A stretch of DNA of 64,000 nt from Candidatus Bilamarchaeaceae archaeon (GCA_038851325.1 JAWCKZ010000001.1:119864-183863), one strand, 5' to 3'. Counted from the stretch's first letter, positions 48,443 to 58,144 are shown. Notes: generated from the sequence alone by a model not told the origin. Made by a program: numbers and translations.

Positions 48443-48503
48443 TATCTAACAGATGCTTATAAAGCTGCCGGTTGAGAAAGTTAAGGAAATTAAATAGTAA
48501 TAG

Positions 48504-49133
48504 ATGATTGCGATGGGCTACAGAGCGCTGCATACGCAGGGCGAACGTTGGCTTCTGCACAAGTTAAGGGCAGAAGGCCATGACGTTAATTTAGAAGTCC
48601 GAAAAAATAATGATGTGATATTTGATGTCTATGACGAAACAGAAGGGACTGCGTGGGAGGTGTTGACAGCCAAGTTCTTTAAATCAGCGCACGAACAGGA
48701 TGAGGCGATTATCGCAAAGATATTTCGCTATCTTCTCCATTGCAAACAGTTAAGATTTCTCGTAGTTTCGGTAAACTCGGAAGAGATTAAATTACTTCAT
48801 AAGATTGGACTTGAACACTGGCATATCTATGGCGATTATTGGAGCGAAGGGCTTCGCGGCTTCGAATATCATAAAGGAACGTCTTCATTAGACATCGCAA
48901 AGAAAATCTATAAAGCCCTTGTTGGTTATGCACCAATCCACGAGTGGTGTAGGAAAGGCAGACGAAAATACCATCCAAAGGCAGAGGTAGAGAAGGATTT
49001 TGCACGGATCACGAGAGCGCTTGGGCTGCCGAAAAATTTTCTTATCGGGCTCTGGCGCGACTGGCACCTTGTGTGGGTCTGGAAGCTCGAAAACGCACTT
49101 CGAAAGTGGAAGCTTAAAAAAACCTACCTATAA
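48504..49133 (+). CDS. hypothetical protein, possible PD-(D/E)xK fold
   Basis: H..GE, FDVYD and WEV motifs. Confidence 0.55.
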   Translation: MIAMGYRALHTQGERWLLHKLRAEGHDVNLEVRKNNDVIFDVYDETEGTAWEVLTAKFFKSAHEQDEAIIAKIFRYLLHCKQLRFLVVSVNSEEIKLLHKIGLEHWHIYGDYWSEGLRGFEYHKGTSSLDIAKKIYKALVGYAPIHEWCRKGRRKYHPKAEVEKDFARITRALGLPKNFLIGLWRDWHLVWVWKLENALRKWKLKKTYL

Positions 49134-49155
49134 ATGTTAGGACAAAGGGGTATGC

Positions 49156-49950
49156 ATGCCAGTTCTTGAGGACATGTTAAGCCAGCTTGAAATAAGAGCA
49201 GTGGATGCGCTCTATGGACACGAAGAGACAATCTCACGAAGTCTGAAGCGATTGAAGGAGGGAATGCTCAATATCGGCCAGTTGGTCGACCCTTTGATAG
49301 TCGATGGAAAGACTGGTGTTGTTCTCGACGGTAATCATCGACTAAAGGTCCTTGAGATAATAGAGTGCCCGTATGCGGTATGCCAAGTGGTAAACTACTC
49401 CAGCCCGGAAATACGCGTTGGAACGTGGCACCCCTCGCTTAAGATATCAAAGGATGAGCTCCTCCAGCTTGATTCTATAAAATGCGAGAAGGTCGATAGA
49501 GAAACGGGATTAAAGGCGGTGAACGAACTCCGCTCTCCCGCAATGGCCATTATTCCAGATGGAGAATGCTACCTAATCAATCCTGGAAATTACAAGATCA
49601 AGGAGATGATAGAGGAACAGCGCTATCTCCTTGGACTTATTGAGAACAGGCAGCCTCAGTATATTCCGGATGAGGAAATAGAGAGGCATAGAGTTCTCGG
49701 TGAAACTGTATTTTATAGGCGAGCATACACAAAAGGGGAGATAATAGCAATGGCCACGGCTCACTCACCCCTCCCACCAAAATCAACACGACATCTCATT
49801 CCAGGTAGGATAATAAGGTTGAATATGAGGCTTGGTTGGCTCCATCTTGATAAGGAATCTGCCTGGAAGGAGCTTGTTGGGATGCTCAAAAAGAGAGCGT
49901 ATAATGGAAACGTCCGAAAATATTATGAACCAGTCATAGTTATATATTAG
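49156..49950 (+). CDS. serK: SerK/SbnI-like free serine kinase (ParB/Srx fold)
   Basis: HEE, P.IVD..LDGNHR, W and PPKSTRH motifs. Confidence 0.7.
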   Translation: MPVLEDMLSQLEIRAVDALYGHEETISRSLKRLKEGMLNIGQLVDPLIVDGKTGVVLDGNHRLKVLEIIECPYAVCQVVNYSSPEIRVGTWHPSLKISKDELLQLDSIKCEKVDRETGLKAVNELRSPAMAIIPDGECYLINPGNYKIKEMIEEQRYLLGLIENRQPQYIPDEEIERHRVLGETVFYRRAYTKGEIIAMATAHSPLPPKSTRHLIPGRIIRLNMRLGWLHLDKESAWKELVGMLKKRAYNGNVRKYYEPVIVIY

Positions 49951-49983
49951 AAATTGCGCAACCGATTTGTAGCGAGGATAAAT

Positions 49984-51057
49984 ATGACGATTCTTCTTAC
50001 TCCCGGACCGGTACCTGTTTTGAATGAGATAGCAATGGCGCAGACAAAGGCAATGATAACGCACAGAAGTAAGGAGTTTAGTGAACTGTATAGTGACCTT
50101 TGCACGCGTTTGAAAAGCTACTTCAATGCTGAGGAAGCATACGTATTAACTGGTTCTGGAGCGCTTGGCCTTGAGACGCTTGTTCTAAATATCTGCAAAA
50201 AGAATGAAAGAGCGATATGCTTTCCAAACGGCGAATTCGGTGAAAAATGCGCAGAGACAGTTGGAATTTACACAAACGCAATTGTGTATAAGCACGAAGG
50301 ACCCACAGGATGGAACATAGAAAGGGCAAAGGAAAAAATAGACGAGAGTAATGCGCAAGTCCTTGCGATGGTTTATAACGAAACTGGATACGGTCTGCGC
50401 AATCATATAAAGGAGATATGCAGATATGCGAAATCTAAAGGAATGTTCACTATAATAGACGGTATCTCTGCCTGGCCAGGAACAGAGCTTGACATGAAAG
50501 ACTTTTGCGTGGATGGATTTGTTACAGGAAGCCAAAAGGGAATAGGCGCACCACCAGGCATGGCGTTGATAGGATTGAGCAAAGAAGCAGTGGACCGCTT
50601 TATGGCGCGTGATTCTGTCCCAAGTTATTGCTTTGATTTGAGAAAGCACAAAAAGCGGTTTGAAAAGGACAGGCAGACGCCGAATACGCCTGCGATAAGC
50701 CTTTACTGGGCGCTTCAGGCTGCTTTCGATGTTCTTGATAAAAAGGGCGGGGTTCCTGCTGCCGTCAAGCGGCATGCTGATGCTGCTGCACACGTGAGAA
50801 AACGGCTTGTCAGCATGGGCTTTCAGCTTGTTGCTGAGAAAGGATTTGAATCGAACACCGTGACAGGCTTCGTCTGCGAAAGCACAGAACAAGCAAAGAC
50901 GATAAAGTCGCGGCTTGAAAGCGAATTTGGCATAAAGATAGTCGGCTGCCGTGGGGTATACAAGGACAACGGCCTGCGGATAGCGCACATGGGCAATTTC
51001 GAGATGGTCTGGCTTGACGCATGCTTGGATGCAATCGGAAAAATAACGAAGAAATAA
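49984..51057 (+). CDS. class V PLP aminotransferase (serine-pyruvate/phosphoserine type)
   Basis: LTPGP, HRS..F, NET, D.IS, GSQK..GAPPG and R.AHMG motifs. Confidence 0.9.
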   Translation: MTILLTPGPVPVLNEIAMAQTKAMITHRSKEFSELYSDLCTRLKSYFNAEEAYVLTGSGALGLETLVLNICKKNERAICFPNGEFGEKCAETVGIYTNAIVYKHEGPTGWNIERAKEKIDESNAQVLAMVYNETGYGLRNHIKEICRYAKSKGMFTIIDGISAWPGTELDMKDFCVDGFVTGSQKGIGAPPGMALIGLSKEAVDRFMARDSVPSYCFDLRKHKKRFEKDRQTPNTPAISLYWALQAAFDVLDKKGGVPAAVKRHADAAAHVRKRLVSMGFQLVAEKGFESNTVTGFVCESTEQAKTIKSRLESEFGIKIVGCRGVYKDNGLRIAHMGNFEMVWLDACLDAIGKITKK

Positions 51058-51081
51058 AAAATATAGAGTGCATACTCCATC

Positions 51082-51852
51082 ATGAAGGCAAAGGCGCTTG
51101 TGCTTACTGGATATGGAATAAACTGCGAGAACGAAAGTAAGTATGCTTTTGAAAAGGCCGGCGGGGAAGGGCATATCGTTCATGTCAACAAATTGATAGA
51201 ACAGCCCTCCTTATTAGATGATTACGGTCTTCTTTTTCTCCCAGGTGGATTTTCGTTTGGTGACGACCTTGGCTCAGGAAAGGTTTTGGCAAATAAAATC
51301 AAATATAGATTGAGTGAAAAGCTTCTCGATTTCCATAAAAGTGGGAAATTGATAATAGGGGTATGCAACGGTTTTCAGGCCCTTGTCAAGATGGGGCTTC
51401 TTCCTAAACCAGATTTCATCCAACGCCTAACGCTTACCACTAACGACTCTGGAAGGTTTGAAGACAGATGGGTGTTTCTCAAGATAAATAAAAGTAGCCC
51501 CTGCGTCTTTACGAAAAACCTAGATTACGTCCTCCTTCCGGTGAGACATGGCGAAGGAAAACTGATTGCACCTGAAGAAGTAAGGAAAGAGCTTTGGGAA
51601 AAAAATCTTGTCGTACTTCAGTATGTTGGACCAAAGGGCGAGTTGGCTGGCTACCCCTACAATCCAAATGGCTCGGTTGACAATATCGCAGGGATATGCG
51701 ATGAAAGTGGGAGAATATTTGGGCTTATGCCCCATCCTGAAGCGTTTAACATAATCCAGAATTGTCCATACTGGACCCTCGGCGGAATAAAAGAAGCTAT
51801 GGGGCTGATCTTCTTCAGGAACGCTGCGGAGTATCTAAAGGAAAAGCTTTAG
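51082..51852 (+). CDS. purQ: FGAM synthase glutaminase subunit
   Basis: PGGFS.GD, GVCNGFQ, HGEG, NPNGS and MPHPE motifs. Confidence 0.96.
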   Translation: MKAKALVLTGYGINCENESKYAFEKAGGEGHIVHVNKLIEQPSLLDDYGLLFLPGGFSFGDDLGSGKVLANKIKYRLSEKLLDFHKSGKLIIGVCNGFQALVKMGLLPKPDFIQRLTLTTNDSGRFEDRWVFLKINKSSPCVFTKNLDYVLLPVRHGEGKLIAPEEVRKELWEKNLVVLQYVGPKGELAGYPYNPNGSVDNIAGICDESGRIFGLMPHPEAFNIIQNCPYWTLGGIKEAMGLIFFRNAAEYLKEKL

Positions 51853-52243
51853 ATTCCGTGCTCTCATTCTCCGAAAGTCGAGAAACAGAAGTCCCATCGC
51901 TCAGCAACTCACGCAGTGCGGTAAATTCTTTTTTCAAATCTTTAATAGCTGGCTTTTCATCGTCTGATATCAGCCAGTAAATAGTATCCAAGTGCTTCTC
52001 TGTCTGTGAGATGCATCCTAACAATCCAACAGCGCTAGCCCCGCTCTCATTCTTTGCTTTCTCGAAATTCTGTATACGGATTTTTATTTGATAAACAAAT
52101 GGCTGAACCCTTTCATTATCCGCTGCGTTTTTCTCAAGTTTTTCAAACATATTCTTAAAAGAAGACCAAACTACTTTGATGTCTTTCTTTGTTTCATCGA
52201 GCAGCGCCCGCTCAATAGTTGGTTTATCAAGCATTCTAGTCAT
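51815..52243 (-). CDS. hypothetical helical protein
   Basis: ORF fills the gap; no recognisable motif. Confidence 0.55.
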   Translation of the reverse strand: MTRMLDKPTIERALLDETKKDIKVVWSSFKNMFEKLEKNAADNERVQPFVYQIKIRIQNFEKAKNESGASAVGLLGCISQTEKHLDTIYWLISDDEKPAIKDLKKEFTALRELLSDGTSVSRLSENESTESKAFPLDTPQRS

Positions 52244-52273
52244 AAAAGTAATTTTACTTCAAGAATTTAAAAA

Positions 52274-52804
52274 CTATCTAAGGAGTTTTGCTATTGCTTC
52301 AGCAAATTGTTTTGCATTTGATGGGCCGTCAGCAGTCACGATTTTCCCATCGACAACTACTCCCTCACTAATATACTTCCCGCCAAACTTTTCAATGACT
52401 TTATTTGTTTCCATACCATACTCTGGATCGTTGCCGAGCCATACTGTTGCGTTTTTGTTCTTTAGCACCCCTGCCTTTGCTAGAATTGTTGGTGCCCAGC
52501 ATATTGCAGCGACAACCTTGCCCTTCGCAGCCGCTTCTTGCGCAAGCCCAATGGCTTCCTCTTCCTTTCTTATGAGCGGGGTTCCGGACCCTCCGACAAA
52601 GACGACTGCATCATAATCGGCTGCTGAAACCTCTGCCAGTGTCTTATCAACATTCACAATCCCGCCAAGCATACCGCTGGCTGTCCCTCTTTTCGTGCTT
52701 ACGATTGTTACCTCGTGCCCTGCTGTCTCAAAATGTTTCTTCGGGATAAAACATTCCTCGTCCCTAAAATTAGTTGGTGCTACCACCATTACAATATGCG
52801 CCAT
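52274..52804 (-). CDS. DJ-1/PfpI family protein
   Basis: F.D.E, VGG.G, AIC.AP and DG..VTA.GP motifs. Confidence 0.92.
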   Translation of the reverse strand: MAHIVMVVAPTNFRDEECFIPKKHFETAGHEVTIVSTKRGTASGMLGGIVNVDKTLAEVSAADYDAVVFVGGSGTPLIRKEEEAIGLAQEAAAKGKVVAAICWAPTILAKAGVLKNKNATVWLGNDPEYGMETNKVIEKFGGKYISEGVVVDGKIVTADGPSNAKQFAEAIAKLLR

Positions 52805-52861
52805 AAGAATATCACCAAAAGGCTTAAATCAGAATGCTATTTTAAAATTATTGGTGAGGAT

Positions 52862-53128
52862 ATGGTTACGGAGTTCAAGAAAAAAGAGGAAGAAAAACCG
52901 AAAATCGTCGGGATAAAGGTCGAGAAGGTTCTGCCGCCTGGAGCCATCCCAGTAAAGGCAGTCGAAAAGGCAGAGAAAGTAACCGAAGCAGTGGTGAAAA
53001 AATCAACTGAAAAGAATGCTGCGGAAATAGCAGAAAATTTTATCAAGGTGTTGAAACCGGCTGTAGCAGGTATGAAGGAATTCGAGAAAAGCGAGCTGAA
53101 TTACTTGCTTGAATTCACAAAAGCGTGA
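52862..53128 (+). CDS. hypothetical K/E-rich protein
   Basis: GGTGAGG RBS before ATG 52862. Confidence 0.6.
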   Translation: MVTEFKKKEEEKPKIVGIKVEKVLPPGAIPVKAVEKAEKVTEAVVKKSTEKNAAEIAENFIKVLKPAVAGMKEFEKSELNYLLEFTKA

Positions 53129-53132
53129 GAGC

Positions 53133-53351
53133 ATGAAAAAAGACCTTTTCAAGAACTGCAAGGTACAGTACGCATATGACAAAAAACAGAAGATATACAG
53201 CGTTCTTGTTTACCTGGAGGGAAGGCCAAGGATAATCACTTTCAGGGTTGGAGACGAGTTTGCAGAGGTCTCACTTGCGAATAGGGATGGAGAGCTGCTT
53301 GAGGTACTCACGCAAAAAGGGAACACCATCACGTTTATGAAAAAGAGGTAG
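53133..53351 (+). CDS. hypothetical small beta-rich protein
   Basis: Operonic ORF between 53128 and rpiA. Confidence 0.55.
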   Translation: MKKDLFKNCKVQYAYDKKQKIYSVLVYLEGRPRIITFRVGDEFAEVSLANRDGELLEVLTQKGNTITFMKKR

Positions 53352-53357
53352 GATTGA

Positions 53358-54023
53358 GTGGATGCCAGAAAAATAAACGCTGCACTTGGTGCGCTTCAGT
53401 ATGTCAAAAGCGGGATGTGTATAGGACTTGGAAGCGGAAGTACGGCTGCTCAATTCATAAAACTTCTTGCTGAAAAGGTAAAAAAGGAAAAGCTCACAAT
53501 ATGTTGTGTAACAACATCTCTTGACAGTCGAGCGCTCGCTGTAGAGAATGGTCTGTGGGTAACAGAGCCAGACGCAATAACTGAGATAGACCTGGCTGTT
53601 GACGGGGCGGACAAGGTTACGGACAATGCTCTTTTAAAAGGCGGGGGAGGAGCGCTCACGAGAGAGAAAATCGTGGACTACAACGCAAAAAAATTCATAG
53701 TAATTGCAGATGAAAGAAAGGTCCAGAAAACACTTGAGGGGATTGTTTCTCTTGAGGTCCTTCCATTTGCAGCACCGATGGTGCTAAAGCGTCTTTCAGT
53801 CTATAAGCCTAAGGTGAGAGCGGCAGAAAAAAAACTGGGTCCGGTCATAAGCGATAATGGTTGCTTCATAGTTGACCTTGAAAGTATGAAAATTGAGAAT
53901 CCGGTGCGTATGGAGCAGGAGTTGAACAGCATTCCAGGCGTCATAGAAAACGGAATATTCACGAAATTTGATGAAATCATAGTTGGCACAGAAAACGGAT
54001 GGAAAAGAATAACACGCAAGTAA
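53358..54023 (+). CDS. rpiA: ribose-5-phosphate isomerase A
   Basis: GLGSGST, DGAD, KGGGGAL.REK and EV.P motifs. Confidence 0.96.
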   Translation: MDARKINAALGALQYVKSGMCIGLGSGSTAAQFIKLLAEKVKKEKLTICCVTTSLDSRALAVENGLWVTEPDAITEIDLAVDGADKVTDNALLKGGGGALTREKIVDYNAKKFIVIADERKVQKTLEGIVSLEVLPFAAPMVLKRLSVYKPKVRAAEKKLGPVISDNGCFIVDLESMKIENPVRMEQELNSIPGVIENGIFTKFDEIIVGTENGWKRITRK

Positions 54024-54068
54024 AAAATTAAATAATTTATGTGAAAGAATAATAGGTTGGTTGGTGGA

Positions 54069-55229
54069 ATGAAAGAAATGACAGATCTAAACAAACTCAT
54101 CTCACTGACATTTGATGAAGACCCAGAGGTAAGGATAAAGGCCGCAGCCGCGCTCGAAAACATTGATGATCCTGCGGCCGTGTTCGCTCTCATCGAATTG
54201 AGTTATGATAAGGAACCTAGGGTAAGAAAAAGAGCACAGGAAAGCCTGGAAAAAAAGAAGAAAGAGGAGAAGGAGGTGCTCTCATTTGCAGAGCTGTTCT
54301 CAAAAGGAGCGAAAGAAACCCAGGAAAAAGAATTGCCTGCTGACAAAAAGGAAAAATTACTATCTCCGATAACAAAGATGTTCGAAAGACATCTTGGCAA
54401 AGAAAAGGCGGAGAGAGTAAAGGCAAAGATGATGCCAACCATAGAGAGGATATACCATTCTAGAACCGCACCTGTAAGTGAGGAAACAAGGGAGGAGCAG
54501 GGAAGAAAGGTCATCCAAGAATTTCTCACAGGGTATCTGGAAGCAATATCTGATATAAATCAGGAGAACAATATTGATAAACACGAGGGCACGCACGAGG
54601 AAAGGGTAGGAGCCGAAGTGATAGAAACATTGAAAAAAGAGGAGGACCTAAAAATAGAACTCGAAAGTATCGGAAAGCCAGGTGGTATAGACAGGATATC
54701 AGAAGATTTAATAAAAATAGAAACAGAAGAAGCGGTTGAAAGCGAGGAAGAAAAGGGAATAGAGAAACTGCCCAATACCTTCTTCAAAAAAGCCTATGAG
54801 ACAATGATGATATCAAACGGCGATGATGATGTGATGCGAAGCGAAATGGAAAGAATGTTGAAAGAGGCTGAAAAAGACATAAAACTCGCTTTCAGAATGG
54901 CAAAAAAGAAGTTTAAGGAGAAGAGAATAACCAACATCACAAAGATAAGAGATGGAATGAGAAATATAAACACAGAGCTTCTTGAAGTTAAGGAAGTGGA
55001 GAACATAGAGTATACAAAAAAGAAAAAGGAAAAAGCAATAGCAACGCGAATAGTTGTTCATGACGAGAATGGGAATGAGGGTGTGATTTATCTTTTTGAT
55101 GGCAGAGGAATGCCTGTAAAACCAGGAATGAAACTTAAGGTCATAAGAGGACAGGCAAGAACATTTGAATTTTCTGGTGAAACTGCTCTTACCATAGGAA
55201 AAAAAGGTGAAGTGCATATTGTTCTGTAG
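54069..55229 (+). CDS. N-terminal HEAT repeats, acidic linker and C-terminal SSB/RPA-like OB fold
   Basis: DEDPEVRIKAAAAL/DKEPRVRKRA repeats; IVVHDENG..IYLF...VKPG..KV..G...F.GE..LTIG. Confidence 0.6.
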   Translation: MKEMTDLNKLISLTFDEDPEVRIKAAAALENIDDPAAVFALIELSYDKEPRVRKRAQESLEKKKKEEKEVLSFAELFSKGAKETQEKELPADKKEKLLSPITKMFERHLGKEKAERVKAKMMPTIERIYHSRTAPVSEETREEQGRKVIQEFLTGYLEAISDINQENNIDKHEGTHEERVGAEVIETLKKEEDLKIELESIGKPGGIDRISEDLIKIETEEAVESEEEKGIEKLPNTFFKKAYETMMISNGDDDVMRSEMERMLKEAEKDIKLAFRMAKKKFKEKRITNITKIRDGMRNINTELLEVKEVENIEYTKKKKEKAIATRIVVHDENGNEGVIYLFDGRGMPVKPGMKLKVIRGQARTFEFSGETALTIGKKGEVHIVL

Positions 55230-55257
55230 GTTGAATGGGTGAATGAAGAGGGGTTTT

Positions 55258-55431
55258 ATGAAACTAACGAAATATGAACTCGCGCGCATAATAGGCGCAA
55301 GGGCAGCGCAGCTTGCAAGCGGTGCACCTCCACTTATAAAAGCAAAAAAGGGCGTAGGGTTTCTTGAACTTGCTAAAGAAGAACTTGAAAATGGTGTAAT
55401 CCCACTTGCTGTATTACGAGAAAGTCACTGA
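55258..55431 (+). CDS. rpoK: RNA polymerase subunit Rpo6/K
   Basis: LTKYE.ARIIGARA.QL..GAP. Confidence 0.95.
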   Translation: MKLTKYELARIIGARAAQLASGAPPLIKAKKGVGFLELAKEELENGVIPLAVLRESH

Positions 55432-56024
55432 CGAATAGTGATGGTGTAACCAGGTCCGATTTCCTTTGAAAGAATTCTCCGTTCATCTTCAACCCAATAG
55501 TAGACTTCTGTTGAGCCGTAAACCGCTCTGACAACATATTGTTTTTTACCATTCTCGAATTCTGTTCTTATTACCTTAAAGGACACAACTATATCACAAC
55601 TTAAATTCTTGTTTATCTCAAAACAACCTCTTGCAGCCCATTTCCAGTTATCATTAAGTGCGAGCATCCATGGCCTAAAAAAGAAAATGTTTCTATCTGC
55701 CAGCGTAAGGTTTGAACCTGATAAATCAGTGCCATCCTCCTTCACACAGGAGAATCCTGAAGAATCTTTCGCATAAAGATTTGTGCAATCCTGCCTTGTA
55801 TCGACCACGAACTCAAAGTCCGTAGAAAAGTTGCTGGAATTAAATACGTAGTAAAAGACATCGCCATCATTAAAAGAGATGTTCCTGTTTTTTTCCAACC
55901 GGTCCTCCAGATAAACAATATTACCTCCTACACTTGGCGGTTCTATTTTTATAAAAAATATACCCACCAGTATGATCGCAATGAATACAACAAGACCAAG
56001 TTTAAGATCGCTACCCTGAAACAT
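55425..56024 (-). CDS. hypothetical membrane-anchored secreted protein
   Basis: N-terminal TM, beta-rich body. Confidence 0.6.
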   Translation of the reverse strand: MFQGSDLKLGLVVFIAIILVGIFFIKIEPPSVGGNIVYLEDRLEKNRNISFNDGDVFYYVFNSSNFSTDFEFVVDTRQDCTNLYAKDSSGFSCVKEDGTDLSGSNLTLADRNIFFFRPWMLALNDNWKWAARGCFEINKNLSCDIVVSFKVIRTEFENGKKQYVVRAVYGSTEVYYWVEDERRILSKEIGPGYTITIRQ

Positions 56025-56539
56025 TACTGAACCCTCGCGATCTTCCCATGCTTAGCATACGGTTTTGATGTTGGAGAAAGCAGTTTGTCGAATACCACTT
56101 GGGAGATGCGCATCCCCCTCCGTAGAATTACAGGGAATGGCGCAAGATTTACTATTTCAAGGACTTGACGATTATTACTTCCGGGCTGTATTATAGCAGC
56201 AGTTATATGAATGGAAAGCCCCATACGCGCGTATCTGCTTCTTCCCTCGAGCGTTCCCATGATATCAGGTGCGAGGGTTATCTTCTCGACGGTCTTACCA
56301 AGGCACATTCCACCAGATGGTAGGATTATGGCGTCCGCCTTAATTTTTTGATGTGCATCTTTATACGTGACCTTGCTCAGGTCAACCGTCTTCTTCAAAT
56401 AGCTTTTTTTAAAAAAGTACCATTCGTTACTCAACGTCAAATCCACGCTTCCTGGTCCTATTTGATCATCCTTAAGAGGCGTGATTTTTATCCTTCCCTC
56501 TTTTATCGCCTTTTTTATGTCAACATCCGAGAGCGCCAT
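56024..56539 (-). CDS. dcd: dCTP deaminase
   Basis: LSD.DI, P.SVDL.L, GRS..AR.G and LEI.N motifs. Confidence 0.93.
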   Translation of the reverse strand: MALSDVDIKKAIKEGRIKITPLKDDQIGPGSVDLTLSNEWYFFKKSYLKKTVDLSKVTYKDAHQKIKADAIILPSGGMCLGKTVEKITLAPDIMGTLEGRSRYARMGLSIHITAAIIQPGSNNRQVLEIVNLAPFPVILRRGMRISQVVFDKLLSPTSKPYAKHGKIARVQ

Positions 56540-56581
56540 AAGAATTATCGCTGAGGAAGATTATTTAACTCTTAGCCTGGC

Positions 56582-56631
56582 AGAACGGAGCCCATTGCAA
56601 ATTATATCGTGGAATACACCTAGAACGGAGC
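56582..56631 (+). repeat. dispersed repeat copy 2 (56588-56618) bracketed by 10-bp direct repeats AGAACGGAGC
   Basis: GAGCCCATTGCAAATTATATCGTGGAATACA, 25/31 identical to 63211-63241; direct repeats at 56582 and 56622. Confidence 0.7.
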
Positions 56632-56697
56632 GACCGAGTATATTATAAATTTTTTTTAGCAATAAGCGTTCGCTGCTGATAAAATCAGGGTGGGATT

Positions 56698-57705
56698 ATG
56701 AGAGTTGCGATAAGCGGATTTGGGCGAATAGGAAAGATGTTTTTGAAGGCTGCGTTTGCACGCGGGGCGGTCGGGAAGGATTTTGATGTAGTTGCGATAA
56801 ACACGAGGAGTGCAGTTGACCTGCACGCCCATCTTTTCAGGTATGACTCCGTATATGGAAGATTTAACGGCGAGGTAAAGACAGACAGCGACTCGATCAC
56901 GATAAACGGGCATAGGATAACATGGATAAGAGAGACAGATCCGCTGAAGCTACCGTGGAAAGAACTCAATGTTGATATTGTCGTGGAAAGTACGGGCGAG
57001 TTCCGCTCAAGAGAGGACGCTGAGAAGCATATAAAGGCAGGAGCACATCTTGTGTTGATATCCGCTCCGGCTAAAGGAGTTGACGTAACCATAGTTCCGG
57101 GCGTGAACGAGCACATGCTAACCAAAGATATGAACATAATTTCCCTTGCCTCATGCACAACAAACTGCCTTGCACCGGTGTTGAAGGTTATACATAAAAA
57201 ATTTGGGATAGTAAACGGCTTCCTTAGCACAGTCCACGCTTACACAAACGACCAACGCCTTCTGGATGGCAGCCATGATGATTGGAGAAGGGCGAGGGCA
57301 GGAGCGGTGAGTATAATACCAACAACAACCGGAGCAGCAAAGGCGATAGGCGAAGTCCTTCCAGAACTAAAAGGAAGAATGGATGGGGTTGCCTTCCGCG
57401 TTCCTGTTCCATGCGGTTCTCTTAACGATATGGTTCTCACACTCAACAGTACGCCAACGACATCTGAAATAAATGCAGAGCTCAAACGCGCATCCCAGGA
57501 AGAGCTCAAAGGGATACTCGCTTATACAGAAGAAGAACTTGTCTCTGTCGATATTATTGGAAGAACAGAATCATCTATAGTTGACGGCAAACTTACGCGT
57601 GCTATAGGAAACCTCGCAAAAATTTCAGCATGGTATGACAATGAGTACGGCTATTCAAACAGACTTGTAGATTTTATAAAAAAAGTAGCCAGAAGTAGCT
57701 ACTGA
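56698..57705 (+). CDS. gap: type I glyceraldehyde-3-phosphate dehydrogenase
   Basis: GFGRIG, ASCTTNCL, IIPTTTGAA and WYDNE.GY motifs. Confidence 0.96.
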   Translation: MRVAISGFGRIGKMFLKAAFARGAVGKDFDVVAINTRSAVDLHAHLFRYDSVYGRFNGEVKTDSDSITINGHRITWIRETDPLKLPWKELNVDIVVESTGEFRSREDAEKHIKAGAHLVLISAPAKGVDVTIVPGVNEHMLTKDMNIISLASCTTNCLAPVLKVIHKKFGIVNGFLSTVHAYTNDQRLLDGSHDDWRRARAGAVSIIPTTTGAAKAIGEVLPELKGRMDGVAFRVPVPCGSLNDMVLTLNSTPTTSEINAELKRASQEELKGILAYTEEELVSVDIIGRTESSIVDGKLTRAIGNLAKISAWYDNEYGYSNRLVDFIKKVARSSY

Positions 57706-57950
57706 ATTTCGTATGTCTTTCTTCTGCATATAGCAGTTTTCACAATAATAACAATGCCAAAAAGTACTAGTAACAAAGGCCAAGCCTTTGCCCACTGAAG
57801 TCCTGGAAGAAGATCAAAATTTATTGGAAGTGCAAGTGACCCAAGCGCAATAAGAAGATAACCTGGTAGATATGCTCCCTTTTCTAGGCAATCTCCGCCG
57901 CATACGCATGCTTGCTTTGCTGGTTCGGTCTTTTTTGGTTTTTTTGCCAT
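57699..57950 (-). CDS. small membrane protein with CxCGGDC motif
   Basis: GGTGA RBS; two TM helices with WP.LL..G (LiaF/DUF5668-like). Confidence 0.6.
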   Translation of the reverse strand: MAKKPKKTEPAKQACVCGGDCLEKGAYLPGYLLIALGSLALPINFDLLPGLQWAKAWPLLLVLFGIVIIVKTAICRRKTYEIQ

Positions 57951-58023
57951 AATAATCACCGACCATTACTCGTAAATAACAAATTTAATTGTTTCTCTTT
58001 TCTACGCGCGGCATATAACAATG

Positions 58024-58144
58024 TGGGGTCACGGAGATTCGAACTCCGATATGCAGGTTTCCACGGCTTCATCGCAAAAAGCGGATCTGGAGCCTGCCGT
58101 GTTACCTGGGTATGCGTCCAGCATGCACTTTGCACCATGACCCC
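58024..58144 (-). tRNA. tRNA-Trp(CCA) with two introns (58110-58129 at 15/16; 58059-58086 at 37/38)
   Basis: GGGGTCA/TGACCCC-A acceptor; D-intron BHB helix GTGC/GCAT; mature 73 nt. Confidence 0.9.

Noticed and set aside
50185..51183. Long antisense ORFs (e.g. 50185-51183, 4639-5412, 20551-21189)
   Set aside because: Shadows of well-supported genes on the opposite strand, with no motifs
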